A DNA stretch of 64,000 bases, from assembly GCA_963826715.1 (NCBI GenBank), contig CAWGYA010000006.1, forward strand, positions 32,001-96,000, given 5' to 3'. Shown here one piece after another: positions 47,762 through 57,572 of this stretch (its first letter is position 1; each line of letters begins with the position of its first letter). The translations under genes were made by a program, and so were the position numbers. The DNA comes from Candidatus Bathyarchaeota archaeon (GTDB lineage: Archaea > Thermoproteota > Bathyarchaeia > Bathyarchaeales > Bathycorpusculaceae). The notes beneath the pieces are model-generated. The model was not told where the DNA came from, did not search any database, and saw only the letters and a list, made by a program, of their open reading frames with translations.

Positions 47762-48625
47762 CTACCTGCGTTCGATGAGCTCGATTAGGGTTCCATCTGG
47801 GTCTTCCACGAAAGCAATTGTAGTGTTTTCGTTAAATTTTCGAGGTTCATCGGTTATGGTAACATCTGCTTTCGTCATAGCTAAAATTGTTTTATTGATA
47901 TCAGCAACCTCGAAGCCTAAATGGTCGAACAAGCGCTGCTCGTATTTAGCTTGTAGAAACTCTTTTTGATTTCTGTATTGGGTTAATTCGAGTGTGCAAC
48001 CTTTGCCCTTTGGGTCTTGCAAGAAAACTATTTCGGCATTGGTCTGCTCAATTACGTGACGCCCCTGGATTTTTAAGCCGAAGTAAATGCTATAGAAATC
48101 AATAGATCGCTGCATATTGCTTGTTCGAATACTTGCATGAACAAAAGCACCAAAAAAATCATTATCACAGCCGCTACTATGAGAGGCATTATTTTTTTTC
48201 TTCAAGCCCTTACACACTTGCTCATCCAACTCCAGATTAACAAGTTCATCCGCGCGTTGAATCTTAGGGTGCGTTCGCCGAACATTAACGAAACTAACTT
48301 TGCTAAAGCAGCTCAACAAGCTTCGGACTTGCATTTTGAGCTTTGCCAACTCTGTATTTTTTACAGCGTATTGCCCGTTAAGCTGCTTGACTACTAATTC
48401 GCTATCTAAGTGACAAATGAGTTCCTGTGTTTTTTGGTCAACGGCAAATCGTAGGGCTAGGAGAAGCGCTTCATATTCGGCTTGGTTATTGGTGCGAATA
48501 CCCAAAAAACGTGAGTCTTCCTTAACCAAGGCACCATTTGCATTTGTTGCTATGAAGCCAATAGCTGCTGGTCCAGGGTTGCCTCTCGCGCCGCCGTCGC
48601 TGTAAATCATAAGACACTGACTCAA
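47762..48625 (-). CDS. RNase HI domain fused to a glyoxalase/VOC domain
   Basis: DGGARGNPGPA, TNNQAEY, DSELVVKQ, ADEL; then HASIR..SIDFY..HLGFEV..EDPDGTLIELIE; TTG start after GAGGTGA. Confidence 0.85.
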   Translation of the reverse strand: MSQCLMIYSDGGARGNPGPAAIGFIATNANGALVKEDSRFLGIRTNNQAEYEALLLALRFAVDQKTQELICHLDSELVVKQLNGQYAVKNTELAKLKMQVRSLLSCFSKVSFVNVRRTHPKIQRADELVNLELDEQVCKGLKKKNNASHSSGCDNDFFGAFVHASIRTSNMQRSIDFYSIYFGLKIQGRHVIEQTNAEIVFLQDPKGKGCTLELTQYRNQKEFLQAKYEQRLFDHLGFEVADINKTILAMTKADVTITDEPRKFNENTTIAFVEDPDGTLIELIERR

Positions 48626-48784
48626 CAAATCACCTCTCAAACTATCAGCTACGAGGTTATTTAAACTGTTAAGCAATCCTCGGATAGTTAATTTTGCAGA
48701 GTTAATTAATAAGGATAAGAAATCAAATAAACCCAAGAATAACTGCCGCTTCTTTGAGTTATTCACAAAATTAAAATGGACAAG

Positions 48785-49008
48785 TTACGTAGTAGCTGTC
48801 AAGTGTTTTTGCCAAGCGGTTTTTAACTCCAAAACAAACCCTTCTTCATCCTCAGTAAGGCGCTTTCTGATTTGGCGCCAGACAGGGGGCAGTCGCCATC
48901 ACCCAATATTCCTTTTATGATCATGTTAAGTTCCCTTTTATTTTCTTTAGTGACTTCTATCTCGGCCTTTGCAAATACGCCATTTAGGTGACGAAAATAA
49001 CAAGTCAT
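48785..49008 (-). pseudogene. small hypothetical protein with an apparent frameshift in a C-run
   Basis: MTCYFRHL..DCP continues in another frame as VWRQIRKRLTEDEEGFVLELKTAW. Confidence 0.5.
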
Positions 49009-49116
49009 AGTTTAACCTCAAGTAACTATTTGGATTGAAGGTTAGTAAATTTATTGCCATTCCAAAATGCAAACGTCTAATTAGCAAATACTAAATAATC
49101 GCTAAACGATAACCGC

Positions 49117-49536
49117 ATGGGGAAAAGTTTGAGCAAACCCACGCCGCCGACCTTTAGGGGCAGAAGCATAGGAATTGTTGCCTTGACGACTGGGCAACTA
49201 CTCATCGGCATCATCCATGCCTTTTTCGGAGGATTGCTATTAGTTTCAGAAAATTTTTTGGCGCTTCCCACAACCGTAGCTTATGATATCTACACTCTGG
49301 TTTATGGTTTATTAGTGATAGTTTTCGCCGCTTATTTCTGGGCAGGCAGAACTGCTGGGTGGGTTGGCACAATTGCGGTTTCGATATTTGTTATCACCGC
49401 TGATTCATTGACCCTTCTGGATTTACCCAGTATACCGGGTATTCCCAAACTGCCTGGATTCGCTGAGATAAGCTACAGCCTTCTGTTGCTTACGTACTTG
49501 CTTTTGCCGAAAGTCAAAAAGAAATATTTTAAGTAG
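49117..49536 (+). CDS. membrane protein
   Basis: Four hydrophobic segments. Confidence 0.7.
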   Translation: MGKSLSKPTPPTFRGRSIGIVALTTGQLLIGIIHAFFGGLLLVSENFLALPTTVAYDIYTLVYGLLVIVFAAYFWAGRTAGWVGTIAVSIFVITADSLTLLDLPSIPGIPKLPGFAEISYSLLLLTYLLLPKVKKKYFK

Positions 49537-49541
49537 CTACT

Positions 49542-50216
49542 TTATCGGAGGCTAGCATCATTGGGGTACCCACGGCTTTCCCAGAAGCCAAGATAGTTCG
49601 GGTTGTCGGTTAACTCGATATTTGTTATCCACTTTATCCATTTGTATCCATACTGACTCTCCGATACCAATTGGAAGGGAAAACCACGCTCAGGTGGCAG
49701 TACCAGCCCGTTCATTTTGTAAGCTATAATGATGTGGTGGCTGGTTAAGTAGTCAAGCGGAAGCTCAGTGGAGTAGCCATCGTATGCATAAAAGATGACG
49801 CCTACCGTGTTGGGGTCTATTCCCGCATCATTTAACAAATCCGTTACAAGAAAACCTTCCCAGAGAATCGTAACTGACCAACCTTCTACACAATGCAATG
49901 TGGTAACTTTTTGATAGCTTTGGAATTTAGTTAAAACCTCATTGTAAGTGTATTCGATGGTTCTATTCACTAACCCTGTGATTTTTAAGCTATATGTGGA
50001 TTCGTTAATGTGCTGTGGTCCTTTAATGGAGTTCTCTCTAAAATCAGCAATGGATGAAAGGTTTACTCCCTGATAATCACGGATTTCTCCTGGGTAGAGC
50101 ATCATGGGAGAATTCTGCTGCGAATAGTAGGCTCCTATAGCAACTATCACTAAGAGCATGATAACAAAGGAAGCCGCAGCAATCTGAACCGCGCGCTTCC
50201 TTTTTGTTTTCTCCAT
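49542..50216 (-). CDS. membrane-anchored molybdopterin-dependent oxidoreductase (sulfite oxidase/MsrP family)
   Basis: LHCVEGWS, LPPERGFPFQLV, YGYKWIKW, GFWESRGY. Confidence 0.9.
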   Translation of the reverse strand: MEKTKRKRAVQIAAASFVIMLLVIVAIGAYYSQQNSPMMLYPGEIRDYQGVNLSSIADFRENSIKGPQHINESTYSLKITGLVNRTIEYTYNEVLTKFQSYQKVTTLHCVEGWSVTILWEGFLVTDLLNDAGIDPNTVGVIFYAYDGYSTELPLDYLTSHHIIIAYKMNGLVLPPERGFPFQLVSESQYGYKWIKWITNIELTDNPNYLGFWESRGYPNDASLR

Positions 50217-50327
50217 TATCCTCAAAAACAAACAGTAAACGCAGGCTTTAAAGATGCCTATTAAGTCACAAAACAAAAGCCTGAAAATTTTGAGCAGAAA
50301 AAGCGCGCTTACTTTAGCAGTTTGTCG

Positions 50328-50741
50328 TTAACGAGTAGACTTCTGTCGCGACGTCACTAAATATGTGGGAAGGCTTTCGATGCACTGCACATCCCGACCA
50401 ATTAATCCGTACAACTCACGCCACACTCTAACATTCACTTTCACTTTGCAACGTTCCAGATTCTGCTGTAAGCACTTTGTTCCTTCCTGACCTCGCCTGT
50501 CATAGTCAAGTAATAAAACAACTTCGTCAACATCAAGCGCCTCTATTTGCGCGATGGCTTGCAAAAATGATTTGCCACCTGTTTTCAAAGTAAGAATTGT
50601 TCCGATGACGCCCAATTCAGCAAGTGCCTGGGCATCTTTTTTGCCCTCCACTACAACGGGTTTACCTCTAGCTACCTCAGCTGCCAGTTTAGCTATGATT
50701 TCTTGGATTTTCTCTAAGCGTTCTTGCAAATGTGTGGACAA
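50328..50741 (-). CDS. stand-alone Toprim domain protein (UPF0292-like)
   Basis: VVVEGKKD and LLLDYDRRG. Confidence 0.85.
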   Translation of the reverse strand: MSTHLQERLEKIQEIIAKLAAEVARGKPVVVEGKKDAQALAELGVIGTILTLKTGGKSFLQAIAQIEALDVDEVVLLLDYDRRGQEGTKCLQQNLERCKVKVNVRVWRELYGLIGRDVQCIESLPTYLVTSRQKSTR

Positions 50742-50746
50742 AGCAG

Positions 50747-51835
50747 CTACCTTGTGATTTTGGCCTGCTGCACCGTTTCAAGGCAGTTTTTGGCTTCTTT
50801 GTTGTTAGCGAAGTAACGGCGTACAGGTTCAAGGATGTTGCCAAGTTCAGTCGCTACACCATTTTTGAGGTCCATTGGATGTAGTTTACCCTCGCTATAA
50901 TCGGTTTCAAGCTGCTGGAAGCTTTCGAATTGGATGTTTCCGCCGAATTTTGCAGGCCGTTCAATGGTTAAGGCGTTTCTCTCTCGGAAAATAATGTATT
51001 TGCAGACATCCATTATTGGATTGTATTTGACTGTTTTATCTGGACAGAACGCTTTTGACATTTTCTGCTTGATTTCCTCGGGAGAGTCGTATATGAATAT
51101 GCAAGTGTCAGGTTTACTCTTGGACATCTTCGCTGAAGCAACAGCTTCTTTTTCCTGTCCTTCAGGAATCGGCCATAAACTGGGCTTTGCTAGTCCCTGC
51201 AATAAGTGATGATGAATGCAAACAGGTTTCCAATAACCGATTTTTTCACCTATCTCGCGGGCAACCATGTTTGCTTTCCTTTGATCCATGCCAAGCTGGC
51301 ACATTTTAACGTTCATCTCAAAAATGTCGGCTACCTGCATGGGGGTATAGAGATAGTCGCTGACATAGTGAGCTTCTCCTTCCTTGCGCCCAGCGATTTC
51401 CAGGGTGCGTGTTGTTCGTTTAATAGTGAGTTCTTTTGCGATTTTTACGGTTTTAGCCCAATAGTCGATGTCATTGTAGAGTTCATCGCTATAAATGAAT
51501 TCAATTTTGTCGCCTGGTACTCCGAGTGCGAGCCAGCTGTGGCGGAAAAGGTCTGCGGCTTTGCGGATAAGTTCCTGGTCGCCGCCGAGCTTGTTGTTAA
51601 GCCATGCATGCCACGTAGCCAAAAAAGCTTTGAAGTGAATGCCGGCTTCGGCGAAGTCCTTCATTTTGTAAGCGCAGATAACGCCTGTACCAAGGTGTGC
51701 AAGTCCTGAAGGTTCCCACCCGTTGTAGGCGATTGGTTGCTCCTCGGCTTCAAGGAGGGCACGGAGGTCCTCTATGGTTACGATTTCTTCGGTTGGCGGT
51801 CTGCAGATGAGTTCGATTTTTTTCTCAATATCCAC
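50747..51835 (-). CDS. tyrS: tyrosine--tRNA ligase
   Basis: YNGWEPSGLAHLG, YTPMQVAD, GMDQRK, KMSKS, LHPMDLK. Confidence 0.96.
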   Translation of the reverse strand: MDIEKKIELICRPPTEEIVTIEDLRALLEAEEQPIAYNGWEPSGLAHLGTGVICAYKMKDFAEAGIHFKAFLATWHAWLNNKLGGDQELIRKAADLFRHSWLALGVPGDKIEFIYSDELYNDIDYWAKTVKIAKELTIKRTTRTLEIAGRKEGEAHYVSDYLYTPMQVADIFEMNVKMCQLGMDQRKANMVAREIGEKIGYWKPVCIHHHLLQGLAKPSLWPIPEGQEKEAVASAKMSKSKPDTCIFIYDSPEEIKQKMSKAFCPDKTVKYNPIMDVCKYIIFRERNALTIERPAKFGGNIQFESFQQLETDYSEGKLHPMDLKNGVATELGNILEPVRRYFANNKEAKNCLETVQQAKITR

Positions 51836-51919
51836 GTAGTTCCAGCTCTCTCAAAGTAGCTATAAATGATTTGGGAATTTAAGAATTTACTTGATGAAGA
51901 AAATATTTTACGGGCGGTT

Positions 51920-52120
51920 TGTCTCCCGACGTAACCTAACACTTCACCTCACAGCTAAGCGTCGCTATAAGCTTGGTGAAGCTCTCTCGGCGCGGGAATT
52001 TATGCCCGAGTCTCCCTGTACCATAATTGGGTAGAACTCGCAGGTCACTGGTGCAAGATTTGTGTTTCTTGCGTTCCTCGGTTGAGTCCGTCGTTATGGA
52101 TGCTCAAATATTGGGAGACA
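51920..52120 (-). ncRNA. candidate structured ncRNA, unassigned
   Basis: Terminal UGUCUCCC/GGGAGACA; GUGACCU/AGGUUAC; GCAAGA/UCUUGC hairpin; CUUCACC/GGUGAAG; CATAAAT box at 52143-52149. Confidence 0.6.
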
Positions 52121-52454
52121 TCTACAAGAGAGAAGTAGCTGAATTTATGTTTACTTCCTTCTTTAAGGGATTTTAACGCCATTGAACGCTAAATTTAGGT
52201 AAATTGAGTTTGAGAAAATAAAAACTTAGAAAATTTGATTCACTCTTCAATTAAATTGTTTTTTAAATAAGTTTTATACGCAACTGTAAATTCAAAACCT
52301 TCTAAGCCGTTTCTTAGAAGGCCCTCTCTATTGTAAACCTCCAAAAAATCGCCGCTAAAGACAACTTTAACCAAGGGATTATTGATTAGTTAAAGTTAAG
52401 TCATTTGTAAAGTAACACAGTATATGCCTCAAAAATTTGAAGAGTTAATAAAAT

Positions 52455-53018
52455 ATGGATATTGGCAAAACAGTTTATTTTAGTGACCGCCAAAGTTGGC
52501 GTAATTGGCTTGCGCAACATTACAATAAGGAAAAAGAAATTTGGTTAGTTTACCCCAAAAAGTCAAGTGGCAAACCGCGCATAGTCTACAATGATGCAGT
52601 TGAGGAGGCCTTGTGTTTTGGCTGGATTGACAGCACAACAAAAAGAATAGATGAAAATAGTTATGCTCAACGATTCTCACCGAGAAATCCTAAAAGCACC
52701 TATTCTGAAACCAACAAGCAAAGGTTAAGAAAACTTGTCGCGGAAGGCAAAGTTATACCCTCAGTGCAAGCAGCAATCAAAGATTTTCTGGAGGAAGAGT
52801 TTGTGATGCCAATGGATATTTTGGAAGCAGTTAAAGCAAATAAACAGGCATGGGAGAACTTCCAGAAATTCTCGTTTTCATACAAAAGAATCCGCGTAGC
52901 TTACATTGAGGGTGCTAGAAACAGACCAAACGAGTTCAAGAAACGATTAGAGAACTTCATTAAAATGACTGAGAAAAACAAGCAATTTGGCTTCGGAGGA
53001 ATTGAAAAATATTACTAG
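52455..53018 (+). CDS. YdeI/OmpD-associated family protein
   Basis: WRNWL..H, AVEEALCFGWIDS, RFSPR..S.YS..NK. Confidence 0.9.
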   Translation: MDIGKTVYFSDRQSWRNWLAQHYNKEKEIWLVYPKKSSGKPRIVYNDAVEEALCFGWIDSTTKRIDENSYAQRFSPRNPKSTYSETNKQRLRKLVAEGKVIPSVQAAIKDFLEEEFVMPMDILEAVKANKQAWENFQKFSFSYKRIRVAYIEGARNRPNEFKKRLENFIKMTEKNKQFGFGGIEKYY

Positions 53019-53028
53019 ATTATCGGAG

Positions 53029-53102
53029 GGCCGGGGCCGAGATTTGAACTCGGGCGAAAGGCTCCACAGGCCTCTATGCTGCCAAGCTACATCACCCCGG
53101 CC
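53029..53102 (-). tRNA. tRNA-His(GTG), G-1 encoded
   Basis: G-GCCGGGG/CCCCGGC-C acceptor stem, GAGGC-CTGTGGA-GCCTT anticodon arm, GTTCAAATC T-loop. Confidence 0.96.
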
Positions 53103-53108
53103 ACTTTT
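53088..53108. repeat. att direct repeat copy 1 (tRNA-His 5' end)
   Basis: TACATCACCCCGGCCACTTTT, identical to 58888-58908. Confidence 0.9.
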
Positions 53109-53191
53109 CCATAGATTTCTTGCACCTCGGCCGGTTTTACTTATTTCCGACCAAGATTCGCTTGGCGCTGTTATTGTCATGTCAAACACCT

Positions 53192-54095
53192 TTATTTGCG
53201 TTTTCTGAAAATTTTGCGGCCATCGTTGTACTCTCCTGTTATTTACTCAAAGCCAACGTCTATGAACTCGCATGCTTGTTGTGTATTGAGCGCTAAGCGT
53301 GTTATGTATTGGTCATTTGGTAAGTCTTTGAATAGGCTCTTTTCTAGCTGAACGTATAACCTGGTGTTTTCTATGCTTTTATGACTAGGAACTCTGCAAC
53401 GTATGAATATCGGGTTTATGATGGTATAGCATTGTTCCCTTCCAATAACGGAAAGTATGCATGTGTATAGCTTCTAATCGAGGGTTTCCAAGTTTGAAAG
53501 CTAAGCGTTTTCTAGTTCGACCAAGTTGGTTTTTTAATCCGTATTGGCTGACATTTCCTAATAGCATATTGTTTTCTTTTGGCAAGTTGCTAAGCATGTT
53601 TAGCAGTTTTCCAGACAGGTCGTTGAATATTCGGGGGGTGCTTCCTTTCTCGGGATAGTTGCACATAATAATACGTCTTTCTAAGTCAACGTCTTTCCAG
53701 GGAACAGCTATTGCCTCACCTCTACGCATCCCGTTTCCGTTAGTAATTGCAGAAAAGCCGCTAGTATGTTGGGTGATCCAGCGATTAAATCATCGATTTC
53801 TTGTTCCGTAGGTATGAAAGGCAGTTTTCTAACAATCGAATATCTAGGCGCATTCCAAGAAATACCTAAATATTTCAAGAATTGCGTATATGCGATTATT
53901 ACGTTTCTTTGCCGGTTACCGCTCCATTTCTGTTTTGCCATTACTTCTTTGACGCTTTCAGGGTTTGCTAAGTCTGCGCCTCTTTTCATTAATGTTCTTA
54001 ATGCGGATTTGCTTAGCGGATTGTTGAGGGGTTGTAGTTTTGCAGCTCCATTTTTCCGTGGTGTTTAGCGATTTTTATTTCGATATTTTCCAAGT
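53192..54095 (-). pseudogene. tyrosine recombinase/integrase, multiple frameshifts and a nonsense codon
   Basis: LPFIPTEQEIDDLI, ETG/MRRGEA, HTFRYW, FL-(G)-HKSIENTRLY, GFE*ITGEYNDGRKIFRKRK across frames; 5' limit approximate. Confidence 0.88.
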
Positions 54096-54764
54096 TACTC
54101 GTAACAGTCTTTGTTTCTGTTAACTTAGTAGGTTATTATTGGTTGACTATTCACTTTAGCATTTAAAAGGTTAAGCTAAAGTCTCAGAAGCCACCGTAAC
54201 AGACAATGAAACATAAGACATGGTTTTAATTAGGAAATAACTTGAAGAATAATATTTTAAATCAATTATTGGTTTAGGAGTCTCTTTCTTTTCATTTTTG
54301 CAATGAGCCCTAACAAAGTATGGGTAAAATTTTTGATTCTGTTTTCAGAAGATATTCAAATCTACTTTCCGATCTAACTTGCAAAACAACTCAGGAAACA
54401 TGGACACTGGAAAATAGAGTCTGTTTTTGGAATGCAAGTCGGGTAAGAGGCAACTCGATATAAATAATGGAATAGTTCTTAACCGTAAAGGAATATCTAT
54501 CTCTGCCTTTTCAGCTAGAAAAATAAATTTATAGGTAGCGACTTTGCCGTTGCTGGTTTCTAAAGTTTTAATACGGGTGTACCTGAATACGCAAATCGAT
54601 TAAATCAAAAATTTTTCAGATTGAGGAAAATTCTTAAGCTTAAATGTGTTGCTGCCAAAAAGATTAAGGTAATGATCGTGTTGCGTTTTTCTTTGGTTTT
54701 TCAGATAACCATGAAAGAAGGAAGATTAAAGAATCCACTCATTCTAACAAACAGGGTGTAGGCT

Positions 54765-55364
54765 GTGGATTCTATATTTGTTTTATATGAGCTTATTTGG
54801 TACACCGTATTTGTGTTTACCTTAATTTTCTCGCTGAAAAGACAAGGGTTCATGCACTCACTTATTTTCTTCTTACCCGGAATAGTTTGGGGGCTATTAC
54901 TTGAATATGCGACCCAAGAAGTCTTTCACAGATATTTTTACGGTGAAGGTTTTCTTGTATACATTGCAAATGTCCCTTTATGCGTATCGTTGGCTTGGGC
55001 AGCTTTAATGTATATCAGCTATTATTTTGTTACTCAGAAACTTCAGTTAAAAAATTCAATAGCTGTTGCGGTTGTTGCAAGTATTCCTCTGCTTTTGGTG
55101 GATGCTATTATTTTAGAGCCGACTGCTAAAATCTTTGGTTTTTGGGTGTGGACACCTCAAGGTTTATGGTTTGGCTCTTCTATAGGCAATTTTTACGGTT
55201 GGTTCTGGGTAATCGTGTTATATCTTTCTTTTTACCATTTTTTGCTTTGGAAAATAACCAATTTGAGAAGAGCACTATTGCTAAATCTTGGGCTTATCAC
55301 CCTAAGAGTTATCATTCTCGTTGCATTGCTCCAATTATATAGTGTCACATTTGGAAATCTTTAA
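54765..55364 (+). CDS. DUF422/CruF-like membrane protein
   Basis: E..YFY..VPL..AW, D..LEP, W.W, NFYGWF motifs. Confidence 0.75.
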   Translation: MDSIFVLYELIWYTVFVFTLIFSLKRQGFMHSLIFFLPGIVWGLLLEYATQEVFHRYFYGEGFLVYIANVPLCVSLAWAALMYISYYFVTQKLQLKNSIAVAVVASIPLLLVDAIILEPTAKIFGFWVWTPQGLWFGSSIGNFYGWFWVIVLYLSFYHFLLWKITNLRRALLLNLGLITLRVIILVALLQLYSVTFGNL

Positions 55365-55527
55365 CATATTGGCGTTAAATTAAGTAAAACTATTTCTCTT
55401 TATCTTCAGCCGTTACATTTTAATTGTTGCCGTCTATCGATCGTCCATTTTGTCTTCAACCAACTATCGCTAATAACTGTTTACTTCAAATTGACTACTG
55501 TAGGATGCGTAAGAATAAAAATAAAAT

Positions 55528-55829
55528 ATTATCGAGTCAGCTGATGAGTCGTTGTACCCCGATTATCAAGGCATCAGTTTAGGCAAACGATTTCTAAACT
55601 TCATCGCTGAACTCTACACTTCACAAACGAAAATGCCTTTCTATATCCTAAAAAGTACCCTCAAATCATTAGAGGAACCATGAAGAATTGGCGAATAGTA
55701 CGTTTTGGGCATGTAAGCAAAGGTAATGGAGCTACACTAATTAACAATGAGATAAGAAGTAGCCTAAGCCGAAATCGTATAACAGTTTCTCTTCAATATG
55801 CTAATTCGAAGTCTTCTCTCAAATCTTGA
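55528..55829 (+). pseudogene. GNAT acetyltransferase C-terminal fragment
   Basis: Manual translation PDYQGISLGKRFLNFIAELY (acetyl-CoA motif A), then MKNWRIVRFGH..SRNRITVSLQY in another frame. Confidence 0.65.
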
Positions 55830-55830
55830 C

Positions 55831-56058
55831 TTAGATCAACGAGTTAGTGTTAACAATAGTATTCGTGCTAGTAGTGATGTTGGAAACATAGGAACCTTTG
55901 TTTACAATCTCCATATGTTTTTGAACTAATTCGAGCCTTGACATTCCCTCATTCAATCCACAATTACTGCAAAACTTAATTTTCTCTTCTTCTGTTGGTG
56001 AAATAGCACAAAATCCGCCACCTACAGGAGAAGCTGTACAGAAACCACCCCTATTCAT
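55831..56058 (-). CDS. small Cys-containing hypothetical protein
   Basis: GGFC repeated twice and CSNC; overlaps the upstream stop codon. Confidence 0.5.
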   Translation of the reverse strand: MNRGGFCTASPVGGGFCAISPTEEEKIKFCSNCGLNEGMSRLELVQKHMEIVNKGSYVSNITTSTNTIVNTNSLI

Positions 56059-56501
56059 GTGGAATAGTGTTGAAACAGTTCAGTGACCTTGAAATCTTTG
56101 CTCACAAAGAAATTAGCGCCGCCAGTTTCATAGTCATAAACACTAACTACATAGGGGTCATCAATCGAAAAATGTGTGAAATATTGAAAGCCTCTAAAAT
56201 CCCTACTTGGAAACGTCACCGTCATTGAACCAAAACCCTTATCGTCAAGTGCTACTGAACCCAAACATGCACCGCCGCCTTCCTCTCCACACTTAACCTT
56301 AATATTGACGGCTTGGGTAAGATATGCGTCTGTTCTGAAATTGATAAATTTGACTGTGATTTCTACGGATTGAGGAAGGTTTGTTTTATCGATTATTATT
56401 TTGACCTGAGGTTTTGGTGAAGCTAATGCAGGAGTTATGAAAAGAGAAAATGTTATTGCAGCTATTATTAAAAATATAGATAAATGTTTTAATCCATGCA
56501 A
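56055..56501 (-). CDS. secreted hypothetical protein
   Basis: Signal peptide ending PALA. Confidence 0.65.
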   Translation of the reverse strand: MHGLKHLSIFLIIAAITFSLFITPALASPKPQVKIIIDKTNLPQSVEITVKFINFRTDAYLTQAVNIKVKCGEEGGGACLGSVALDDKGFGSMTVTFPSRDFRGFQYFTHFSIDDPYVVSVYDYETGGANFFVSKDFKVTELFQHYST

Positions 56502-56731
56502 AACTTCAAACCTCGCTATAGTTTACAAGCAATTTATCTGTAATCTGGTAGTTAACCTTTACGTGTTGTTTGAATTTAGTGTGACGGCGGTTATGTGATT
56601 AGTCGCATTGATATCGGGTTGGCTCAAACAAGTAATTGCCGTACAGCCTCGGTTTCCGATGACAATTTCAACAGCTTCGTAGAGCTACAAGAATAGCCGT
56701 ATTTTTCTATTTTTCGTTTGAGGTATATCAA

Positions 56732-56950
56732 GTGAGTTATGGAACTAAAGGTGGTCACGGTTACGGAAACACCCTTTTGCGAAAAGCTAGAAGAGTTCAA
56801 TCTCGACGCAGTCTTCACGCTAAAGCTATTGATGATCGTTTGAAAACGCCTAAAGCTGTTGTCTGGATAGATGCAAACCCATCTTCGCTTAGTTTTGTGT
56901 ATGGTGTATGTGCCGTGACCGCTTATAGGTCTATTGATTTAGAAGTGTGA
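56732..56950 (+). CDS. small basic hypothetical protein
   Basis: GTG start after GAGGT; Arg/Lys-rich. Confidence 0.45.
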   Translation: MSYGTKGGHGYGNTLLRKARRVQSRRSLHAKAIDDRLKTPKAVVWIDANPSSLSFVYGVCAVTAYRSIDLEV

Positions 56951-57060
56951 GATACATAATCATGACTCTGCAAGGCCGTAAAAGCGTGAATAATGCAACT
57001 AAAAAATAAAAAAAGTGGATAACTTATTGTTTGAGTTGGTGGCTTGACTGAGTTGAGCAG

Positions 57061-57477
57061 CTATGGCATTACTGGACACAAGACATCAGCGTTTGGCATT
57101 CTAGCAATACTCACGTCGCTACTACCCGCTGCAGTCATTAGTTCGCCATAGGATTCAATTAAGTAAGGCGCTACATTCCAAGTGACAAAATAGACCATCC
57201 AGTGCCCGCCATTATATTGAGGGTCTCCAGGAGCAAATTGAATAACGCTACTTTGTTCTTCGTTTGGAAAAGCATAGAGAGGGTCAGTTCCTGGATTATT
57301 CAGTGGATGCCCATTAGGAACAAAAGTCCTTACCTGATACCCTTCATACCAAAGTGCGCCAAATTCGCGACCACCAGCATTGGAATGCGCAGGAGAAGCT
57401 GCCATAACCGCAGAAGCTTGAATTGCAACAATAGAAGCTAAGAGAACTGCTATTAAAACAAAAGATAATTTCTTCAT
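57061..57477 (-). CDS. secreted hypothetical protein
   Basis: Signal peptide; PGDPQYNGGHW and C-terminal CPV. Confidence 0.75.
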   Translation of the reverse strand: MKKLSFVLIAVLLASIVAIQASAVMAASPAHSNAGGREFGALWYEGYQVRTFVPNGHPLNNPGTDPLYAFPNEEQSSVIQFAPGDPQYNGGHWMVYFVTWNVAPYLIESYGELMTAAGSSDVSIARMPNADVLCPVMP

Positions 57478-57572
57478 TGTTTATTACCTATAAAAGGTAG
57501 CGATAAAAATACATTTAAAAGCAGACGGACAGAACTTGAAACAAACTAGTACAAATCTCGAATTAAGATAGG

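Noticed and set aside
51920-52120. T-box riboswitch or RNase P RNA
   Set aside because: No T-box bulge or AG-bulge motif; GAGGAA is not followed by the P4 consensus and CR-V is absent.
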